A stretch of DNA of 22,666 bases from Planctomycetota bacterium (lineage in GTDB: Bacteria > Planctomycetota > B15-G4 > SIAN01): the NCBI GenBank assembly GCA_031409275.1, contig JANNXA010000021.1, positions 1 to 22,666 of the forward strand. The letters are read 5' to 3'. The position numbers and the translations under genes are program-made. Within the stretch, counting starts at the first letter, position 1. Each line of letters opens with the position of its first letter. This document shows, in pieces, positions 15,845 to 22,666 of this stretch. The notes beneath the pieces were generated by a model, which saw only the letters and a list, made by a program, of their open reading frames with translations, was not told the origin of the DNA and made no database searches.

Positions 15845-18028
15845 TCACTCGCGCGGCGGCGCCACGGGCTCAAGCGCCGCCTGACCTTCGACCACGCGCA
15901 CCACCGAGTCGAGCGGAACTCCCGCGAAGCGCTGCGTCGTCTTCGACGCGGGCCAGTGCACTTCCAGCTCGACGATGGACGTGGCGGCGCCGAGCCCAAG
16001 CTCGAGCTGCAGGCTGTTGCCGCCGAAGCTCGAGTTGCCGCCGCCATCCGCGAAGACGTCGCGCTCGCCCGCCAGCGTCGCGACGCGCGCGCGCACGCGC
16101 ACCCCGAGCCCGAAGCGATTCGACTTCACGCCCACGAGCCGCACCGTGAGCCAGCGGTTTCCGTAGCCGGGGTTCTCGTAGCAGGCGTTGCGGAAGGCGT
16201 CATCCGGGAGCGCGCCCCCCATCTGGACGAAGAGGTCCTGGTCGCCATCCCCGTCGAGGTCTCCGAACGAGACGCCGTGCCCCTTCTGCAGATGGCCGGT
16301 GTCGGTGGTCGCGCTGACGTCGAGGAAGCGGCGGCCGCCGTCGTTGCGGAAGAGGACGTTGGGGAACAGGGCGGCCCAATCGGGCGCACCGGTGGCGAGG
16401 TAGAGGTCGGGGAATCCGTCGCTGTCGAGGTCACCGAAGTTGCTGCCCATCGGGAAGGTGACGCGGTCGAGGCCGGTCGCCGCGGTGACGTCGACGAAGC
16501 GGCCCGTGGCGTCGTTGCGATAGAGGCGATTGGTCTCGCAGCGCCGCTCGCCCTTCACCAACCATGCCCCCATCGCCGCCGCGCGATCGCAATAGGCGTA
16601 GGCGCTCGCCCACAGGTCGAGCCACCCATCCTGGTCGTAGTCGAAGAAGCAGCAGGAGAAGCTGTCCTGCGGCGCCGCCACGCCGCGCGCCGCGGCAACC
16701 TCTTCGAAGCGGTTGCCGCCGAGGTTGTGGAACAGCCGGTTGGGACCGCGCATCGCCGTGACGTAGAGGTCGGGAAAGCCGTCGCGATCGATGTCGCCGA
16801 ACGCGCAGCCCTTCACGAAGCCGCAATCGACGACGCCCGCCGCCACGCTCGCGTCCTCGAAGGTCGCGTCTCCGCGGTTGAGGAAGAGCTTGCTCGGGTA
16901 GCGGTCGGCGCTGCCTTCGTAGCCGAGGAAGAGGTCCACGTCGCCGTCGAGGTCGACGTCCGCGACACAGGCCGCCTGGCTCGGAGCGGCGATCTCGATG
17001 CCCGCTTCGAGCGTGCGATCGACGAAGGTGCCGTCGGCCTGCTGCAGCAGCAGCGAGTTCGGGAGCTCGCCGGACGCGCCCATCCATGCGCCGCGCTGCA
17101 CCAGCAGGTCGAGCCGGCCGTTGTTGTCTGCATCGAAGTGGTAGAGCTGCAAGCCGCCGATCTGGCCTGAAAGGCCCGCCTTCGCACCGACCTCCTCGAA
17201 GACGCCTGCTGCTCGCTGCAAGAAGAGCCGCAGCGGAGCGCGCGGCGCCATCGCGGAGAGCACGACGTCCAGGCGGCCGTCGCCATCGAAGTCGTCGAGG
17301 ATCGAGCCGCCCGCGAGGTTGGGGCCCTCCAGCCCCAACGCCTTGGCGATGTCAGGATGACGCTGAAGCTGCTGCTCCGAAACGAGCGCCGACGCGGGCA
17401 GCCGCCACGGCTCCGGGACCTCGTCCGGTCGCCCGAGCGTCATGCAGGCAAGGTTCAGGAGCCACATCGCCGCCGCGTCATTGGGGTCGATTTCGAGCGC
17501 CTCGAGGAAGCAGCGCGCCGCCGCCTCGCTGCCGGCGGTCTTCACGTGGATCGCACCGCCCTTCAGCGGGAAGAGACAGCTGTCGGGGCCATGCAACGCG
17601 ATGCAGTTGGCGCGCTCGCCGACGCGCAGCTGGCAGAGACCGAGTTGCTTCAGCGCCGTCTGGGTGTTGCGAGTCTCCTTGCGCGCGCGCGTCAGCGTCG
17701 TCACGCGCGTGAGCTGCTCGATCGCCTCGTCGTAGCGGCCGAACTGCATCAGCAATTCGCCGTACTGCGCCCGCGCCGGGATCTCGACCCGCGCCTCTTC
17801 GCGACCGGTGAACGCCGCGACCTGAGCCTCGAGCTTGCGCAGCGGCAACTCGCCGAAGAAGGGGGCGTTGCTGCCCTCCACCCGCTCGGCCAGCGCGAGG
17901 AGCAGCTTCGTCTTGCGATCGGGCGGCGGCGCTTCCTGGCAGGGCGCGGCCGACGCGGGCGCGAGCGCCATCGCGAGCGCGACGACGAGCCAAGAGCAGC
18001 GAATCAGGCGAGCGCGGACGTTCCACAT
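15845..18028 (-). CDS. CRTAC1-like protein 3 (TPR-like + FG-GAP repeats + ASPIC/UnbV)
   Basis: Signal peptide (WLVVALAMALAPASA), FG-GAP repeats, GHLQKGHGV and SSFGGNSLQLELGLG. Confidence 0.92.
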   Translation of the reverse strand: MWNVRARLIRCSWLVVALAMALAPASAAPCQEAPPPDRKTKLLLALAERVEGSNAPFFGELPLRKLEAQVAAFTGREEARVEIPARAQYGELLMQFGRYDEAIEQLTRVTTLTRARKETRNTQTALKQLGLCQLRVGERANCIALHGPDSCLFPLKGGAIHVKTAGSEAAARCFLEALEIDPNDAAAMWLLNLACMTLGRPDEVPEPWRLPASALVSEQQLQRHPDIAKALGLEGPNLAGGSILDDFDGDGRLDVVLSAMAPRAPLRLFLQRAAGVFEEVGAKAGLSGQIGGLQLYHFDADNNGRLDLLVQRGAWMGASGELPNSLLLQQADGTFVDRTLEAGIEIAAPSQAACVADVDLDGDVDLFLGYEGSADRYPSKLFLNRGDATFEDASVAAGVVDCGFVKGCAFGDIDRDGFPDLYVTAMRGPNRLFHNLGGNRFEEVAAARGVAAPQDSFSCCFFDYDQDGWLDLWASAYAYCDRAAAMGAWLVKGERRCETNRLYRNDATGRFVDVTAATGLDRVTFPMGSNFGDLDSDGFPDLYLATGAPDWAALFPNVLFRNDGGRRFLDVSATTDTGHLQKGHGVSFGDLDGDGDQDLFVQMGGALPDDAFRNACYENPGYGNRWLTVRLVGVKSNRFGLGVRVRARVATLAGERDVFADGGGNSSFGGNSLQLELGLGAATSIVELEVHWPASKTTQRFAGVPLDSVVRVVEGQAALEPVAPPRE

Positions 18029-18034
18029 GACCGC

Positions 18035-18043
18035 AGCGTAGCA
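18035..18043 (-). promoter_or_regulatory. candidate extended -10 promoter giving a leaderless transcript of paralog 3
   Basis: Minus strand TGc-TACGCT, 6 nt, ATG. No SD in the 18-nt intergenic gap. Confidence 0.45.
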
Positions 18044-18046
18044 GCC

Positions 18047-20329
18047 TCAGTCGCGCGCGGCGCCGCGTGCGACCTCACGCAGCGCGGCCTCCCCCTCGAC
18101 CACGAGGACCTGAGCGTCGAGCGGCACCTCCTTGAAGAGCTGCGTCGTTCGCGAGGCCGGCCATTCCACCTCGAGCTCGACGATGCGCGTCGCCTGCGCG
18201 AGGCCGAACTCCTCCTGGAAGCTGTTGCCGCCGAAGCTCGAGCAGGTGCCGACGACGGCGTAGACGTCGCGCTCGCCCGCGGCTTCGGCGATGCGCACCC
18301 GCAGCCGTGCGCCAAGCCCGTAGCGATTCGAGGTGACGCCTCGCAGCTTGACCGTGAGCCAGCGCGTGCCGTGGCCTGGATTCTCGAAATAGGCGTTGAT
18401 GAACGTGTCGTCGGCATACGCGCCGCCGGTCTGGACGAAGAGGTCCTGGTCGCCGTCGCCATCGACGTCCGCGAAGGAGACGCCGTGCCCCTTCTGCAGG
18501 TGACCGGTGCCAGTGACGCTGGTCACGTCCTCGAAGCGTTGGCCGCCCGCGTTGCGATAGAGGACATTCGGGAAGAGCGTCGAGTAGTCGGGCGCGCCGG
18601 TCGCGAGGTAGAGGTCTGGAAAGCCATCGCCATCGACGTCACCGAACGAGCTGCCCATCGGGAAGGCGATGCGATCGAGGCCGACCTGCTCGGTGACGTC
18701 CTCGAAACCGCCGAGGTGGTTGTTGCGATAGAGCTTGTTCACCTCGCAGCGCTTCTCGCCGGAGATGTACCACGCGCCCATCGCGCCGACGCGATCGATG
18801 TTCGGGTAGCCGCTGGCGTAGAGGTCGAGCCAGCCATCGTTGTCGTAGTCGAGGAACATGCTGGAGAAACTGTCGATCGGCTGGTCGACGCGCAACGCCG
18901 GCGCCACATCGACGAACTTCTGTCCGCGCTCGTTCTGGAAGAGGTGGTTGGCGCCGTTCATCGTCGAGACGTAGAGATCGGGGAAGCCGTCGCGGTCGTA
19001 ATCGCCGAATATGCAACCCTTGACGAAGCCGCAGTCGCGGATCCCCGCCTTCCTGGTGAAGTCTTCGAACGTGCCATCGCCGCGATTCAGGAACAGCTTG
19101 CTCGGATAGCGGTCGCCGGCGCCTTCGTAGCCGAGGAAGAGGTCGAGATCGCCGTCGAGGTCGATGTCGGCGAACGCCGCCGACTGGCTCGGCGCCGCGA
19201 TCTCGATCCCCGCCTCGCGCGTGCGGTCGACGAAAGTCCCGTCGGCCTGCTGCATCAGCAGCGAGTTGGGAATTTCGCCCGCCTTCCCCATCCAGCCGCC
19301 GCGCTGCACCAGCAGGTCCATGCGGCCATCGTTGTCGGCGTCGAAGTGGAACAAGTGCAGGCCGCCGAGCTGCCCGGAAAGCCCGACCGCTTCCGCGACC
19401 TCCTCGAAGCGACCGCCTTCGCGCTGCAGCCAGAGGCGCAGCGGCGTTCGCGTGTCCATCGAGGAGACGACCACGTCGATGCGGCCGTCACCGTCGATGT
19501 CATCGAGGATCGAGCCACCAGCCCGGTTCGCGCCGGTGAAGCCATGCGCCTTGCCGCAGTCGAGCATCCGCGGCAGCTCATGCTCGGAGCGCAGTCTCTC
19601 CGGCGGGATGCGCCACTTCTCGGGGACCGCATCCGGATAGGTGCCAAGCGTCATCGCGGCGATGTTGAGCAACCACATCGTCGCGTAGTCGCGAGGGGCG
19701 CGTTCGAGCAGACGCGTGAAGTAGCCGATCGCCCGCTCGCTGCCGACGCGATCGAGATGGATCGCGCCATCCTTCAGCGGAAAGAGGCAGCTGTCCTGAT
19801 TGTGGCGAGCCACGCAGTTGCTGCGTTCCCCGAGCCGCATCGCCGCGATGCCAAGGTCCTTCAAGAGCTGTCGCGAGTTGCGTGCGTCGTCGTGCTGCTC
19901 GGCCAGCGCCAGCGCCAGTTCGAACTGCTCGATCGCCTCGTCGTAGAAACCGTACTGCGTCAGGAGGTCGCCGTACTTCGAGCGCCATTGGATCTCCTGC
20001 TCTTGCGACGTGGCAGCCGTGATGCCACGGACCTTCTCCTCGAAGTCGCGCAGCATCTGCTCGCCAAAGAAAGGCGCCGAGGAGCGGCTCAGCCGATCAG
20101 CGATTTCGCGCAGCAACACCGACTTGCGGTCGGTCGGCATGGGGCCTTTGCGCGCAGGAGGCGGCGCATGGCAGCAGTCGTCGCCGGGCTCCGCGGACGC
20201 CGGCGCACCAGCGGCCGGCGGGGCGGGCGGAGACTCCTGCGCCAAGCCCGTCCCGTCGAGGAGCGCCGGCAGCAAGACGGTCCACAGGCTCGCTGACCGC
20301 GGGCCCTTCGATCGTGCGGACAGAGACAT
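18047..20329 (-). CDS. CRTAC1-like protein 4 (TPR-like + FG-GAP repeats + ASPIC/UnbV)
   Basis: ATG at 20329 with GGAG upstream and a signal-like N-terminus. The upstream extension to 21925 is the antisense shadow of the CoA ligase gene. Confidence 0.9.
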   Translation of the reverse strand: MSLSARSKGPRSASLWTVLLPALLDGTGLAQESPPAPPAAGAPASAEPGDDCCHAPPPARKGPMPTDRKSVLLREIADRLSRSSAPFFGEQMLRDFEEKVRGITAATSQEQEIQWRSKYGDLLTQYGFYDEAIEQFELALALAEQHDDARNSRQLLKDLGIAAMRLGERSNCVARHNQDSCLFPLKDGAIHLDRVGSERAIGYFTRLLERAPRDYATMWLLNIAAMTLGTYPDAVPEKWRIPPERLRSEHELPRMLDCGKAHGFTGANRAGGSILDDIDGDGRIDVVVSSMDTRTPLRLWLQREGGRFEEVAEAVGLSGQLGGLHLFHFDADNDGRMDLLVQRGGWMGKAGEIPNSLLMQQADGTFVDRTREAGIEIAAPSQSAAFADIDLDGDLDLFLGYEGAGDRYPSKLFLNRGDGTFEDFTRKAGIRDCGFVKGCIFGDYDRDGFPDLYVSTMNGANHLFQNERGQKFVDVAPALRVDQPIDSFSSMFLDYDNDGWLDLYASGYPNIDRVGAMGAWYISGEKRCEVNKLYRNNHLGGFEDVTEQVGLDRIAFPMGSSFGDVDGDGFPDLYLATGAPDYSTLFPNVLYRNAGGQRFEDVTSVTGTGHLQKGHGVSFADVDGDGDQDLFVQTGGAYADDTFINAYFENPGHGTRWLTVKLRGVTSNRYGLGARLRVRIAEAAGERDVYAVVGTCSSFGGNSFQEEFGLAQATRIVELEVEWPASRTTQLFKEVPLDAQVLVVEGEAALREVARGAARD

Positions 20330-20380
20330 CGCGCGCTCCGGCAGATGGCGCACTGGCGGCGCCAGCACTCCATCGGCCAC

Positions 20381-20396
20381 AGCACGCGCCGTTCCG
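20381..20396 (-). promoter_or_regulatory. candidate sigma54 (-24/-12) promoter of CRTAC1-like paralog 4
   Basis: Minus strand CGGAACGGCGCGTGCT gives GG-N10-GC and matches the motif upstream of paralog 1. Confidence 0.55.
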
Positions 20397-20566
20397 TCCG
20401 CGGCCGCGGGGGCGGCGCCCGGCCGTCGGCGACGTCGAGACCTCCCGCCCCCCCTGGGTGAGACGCATGGGACGGAGGCGCCCACCGTTTTGGACCTGAA
20501 CTCGAGAAAACCATGCTGGACGGCAAGGTCGGACGCGACGTGGACGCGCCGAGAGGAGCGAAGTCG

Positions 20567-22174
20567 ATGGCCAACGAGTGGACGCGGCGCAGAGGAGGGA
20601 CGATCGGGACGCTCGTCGCGCGCCTGGCGGCAGTCCGGCCGCAACAGGAGGCGCTGGTCGACCCGACGCGTGGCGTGCGGCTCACCTTCGAAGCGCTGGC
20701 GGCGCAGACCGAGCTCTTCGCGCGCGCCTTCCTCGCGCTCGGCGTGCAGCGCGGCGACCGGGTCGCCGTGTGGGCCGAGAACGTACCCGAGTGGATCGTG
20801 CTCGAGCTGGCGCTCGCCCGCATCGGCGCGATCCTCGTCACGGCGAACACGGCACTGAAGGAACCGGAGATCGAGTTCCTGCTGGCGCAGTCGGGATCGT
20901 GCGCCGTCGTCTTCACGGCCGGGCCGCCCGGTCGCTCGTACGCCGACAGCCTCGCCGCGGTGCGCGGACGCCTGCCCGCGCTGCGCCACGCCATCTTCAT
21001 CGGCGACGCGCCGCCGGCGTTCGCGCTGCGCTGGAGCGAGCTGCCAGCTCGCGCAGCTTCCGTCGCTCCACCGACGCTGCAAGCGCTCGAAGCGCAGTTG
21101 AACGAAGACGACGTGATCAACATGCAGTACACGTCGGGCACGACCGGCTTTCCCAAAGGGGTGATGCTGACCCACCGCAACCTGCTCCACAACGCGTGGG
21201 GAATCGGCCAGAAACTGCACTTCGCGCCGGGCGAGCGGCTGGCACTGACGGTGCCGCTCTTCCATTGCTTTGGATGCGTCGTGGGCACGCTCGGTGCCTA
21301 CGTCTCCGCGGTGACGATCTGCCTGCTCGATCGCTTCGACGCGGCGAGTGCGCTCGATCTGGTGGTGCGCGAACGTTGCAATCTTCTCTACGGCGTGCCG
21401 ACCCACTTCCGCCTGCTGGTCGAGGAGCAGCAGCAACGACCGCGCAACCTCGCCACGCTGCGCTCCGGGATCATGGGCGGCGCGCCTTGTCCGGAGGAGC
21501 TGGTGCGTCGCATCGCGGACACGCTGCACCTTCCGCAGGCGGTCGCGGCGTATGGGCTCACCGAATGCAGCCCGGGAGTCACGATCAATGACCCCGACGA
21601 TCCGATCGACCGACGCGCCACGACCGTCGGCAAAGCGATGCCCGACCTCGAACTGCGAATCGTCGATCCGGTGAGCGGCGAGACCCTGCCGCATGGAGCG
21701 ATCGGCGAGCTTTGGGTACGCGGACCGTGCACGATGAGGGGCTACTGGAAGAACCCCGAAGCGACCGCGCAGGTCCTGCGCGCCGACGGATGGCTCTCGA
21801 CCGGCGACCTCGCGACGCTCGCAGCCGACGGTTACCTGCGCATCGTCGGACGGCTGAAGGAGATGGTGATTCGCGGCGGCGAAAACGTCTACCCGGCTGA
21901 AGTCGAGGCCGCGTTGCGCCTCCACCCCGGCGTGCGTGACGTGGCGGTCTTCGGCCTGCCCGACCCGCTATTCGGGGAGCAGGTGCATGCCGCGATCCTG
22001 CCCGCGCACGACGCGGCGCCAAGTGAAGAGGAGCTGCGTCGCTTCCTCACGCCCCGTCTCGCCGGCGTGAAGGTCCCGAGCCGCTTTCACCTCGTCGACG
22101 CCTTCCCGCTCACGGCGAGCGGGAAGGTGCAGAAGTGGCGACTCGTCCAGCAGTTCACACCCGACGAGCGCTGA
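20567..22174 (+). CDS. AMP-binding acyl-CoA synthetase (ANL superfamily)
   Basis: INMQYTSGTTGFPKG P-loop, PLFHCFG, AYGLTE, GWLSTGDL, GRLKEMVIRGGENVYP and PLTASGKVQK. GAGGAG SD at 20553-20558. Confidence 0.95.
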   Translation: MANEWTRRRGGTIGTLVARLAAVRPQQEALVDPTRGVRLTFEALAAQTELFARAFLALGVQRGDRVAVWAENVPEWIVLELALARIGAILVTANTALKEPEIEFLLAQSGSCAVVFTAGPPGRSYADSLAAVRGRLPALRHAIFIGDAPPAFALRWSELPARAASVAPPTLQALEAQLNEDDVINMQYTSGTTGFPKGVMLTHRNLLHNAWGIGQKLHFAPGERLALTVPLFHCFGCVVGTLGAYVSAVTICLLDRFDAASALDLVVRERCNLLYGVPTHFRLLVEEQQQRPRNLATLRSGIMGGAPCPEELVRRIADTLHLPQAVAAYGLTECSPGVTINDPDDPIDRRATTVGKAMPDLELRIVDPVSGETLPHGAIGELWVRGPCTMRGYWKNPEATAQVLRADGWLSTGDLATLAADGYLRIVGRLKEMVIRGGENVYPAEVEAALRLHPGVRDVAVFGLPDPLFGEQVHAAILPAHDAAPSEEELRRFLTPRLAGVKVPSRFHLVDAFPLTASGKVQKWRLVQQFTPDER

Positions 22175-22666
22175 CGAATCGCGTCGCGACAGGACAGGAA
22201 TGGAATGGGGCGATCGGCCGGATCGAACTTGGCGTGGTGGATGGAGGTCAACGACCGGCCAGGTCCCCGCTGGGATCGAAGCGGGACCTTGCCGCCGACG
22301 ACCGCCCCTTTTCCAGGTTCCGCGCCGCATTGCACGATCAGGGGCACCGGCAAGCGCCACGAACGTCAGCGCTCCCCATCCTGATCGCGCCATGCGCAGG
22401 AGCGCGCCACTCGATCGCGGCGCCGTCCTACCTCCCCTATCGGCGGTTGCCCTCGACTTGCGCACTGGCGCGACGCCCCTTCTTCAGGAGCGCGACTCGA
22501 GCCGCTCCTCGAGGAGCTGCTTCCTCGGGTCGAATCCGGCCAGCTTGACGCGTGCCGGCCCGCCCACCGGAAGCGCCGCGCGCCGCCCCCCCCCCCCCAG
22601 CACGCGCACGAGGAACACGACCCCCCCGGCCCCGGCCCGCCACACAAGCGCCCCCGAGCACAGCCC

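Noticed and set aside
10635..20329. Enediyne biosynthetic cluster suggested by UnbV domains
   Set aside because: No PKS, thioesterase or UnbL/UnbU-like genes in the window, and ASPIC/UnbV is widespread outside enediyne clusters.
10635..20329. Diversity-generating retroelement or invertible shufflon among the inverted paralogs
   Set aside because: No reverse transcriptase or recombinase nearby. The paralogs differ at synonymous positions throughout, with no long identical tracts or adenine-specific differences seen.
20330..21925. N-terminal extension making P4 a 1292-aa protein
   Set aside because: It overlaps the acyl-CoA synthetase antisense, and similarity to the paralogs begins only after ATG 20329.
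22500..22550. SRP RNA suggested by minus-strand GGAAGCAGC
   Set aside because: The partner CAGG and GNRA tetraloop of SRP helix 8 are missing.

Overview
High-GC bacterial chromosomal window; the gene families (HEAT+VWA protein, sulfatase-like protein, several FG-GAP/ASPIC-UnbV proteins) suggest Planctomycetota, which is an inference. From left to right: the end of an ORF that runs antisense into the 3' half of an intact initiator tRNA-fMet (probable edge of an integrated element); a small membrane protein; a NYN(LabA/DUF88)+LOTUS protein; a sulfatase-fold protein with eroded catalytic residues, divergent across 30 bp from a GT-C-like membrane protein coupled to ruvX/yqgF; a secreted HEAT/VWA protein; RNase P RNA (rnpB); and an M28 peptidase. 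Next is a mirror-symmetric cluster of four paralogous TPR-like + FG-GAP propeller + ASPIC/UnbV (CRTAC1-like) genes, two on each strand, with a COG4112 NUDIX gene in the middle. A divergent acyl-CoA synthetase follows. The main unexplained structure is this four-paralog cluster: the two outer genes share a sigma54-like upstream motif and an N-terminal CCH motif, while the enzyme cores group as neighbour pairs. All family calls come from motifs recognised by eye; no database searches were run.
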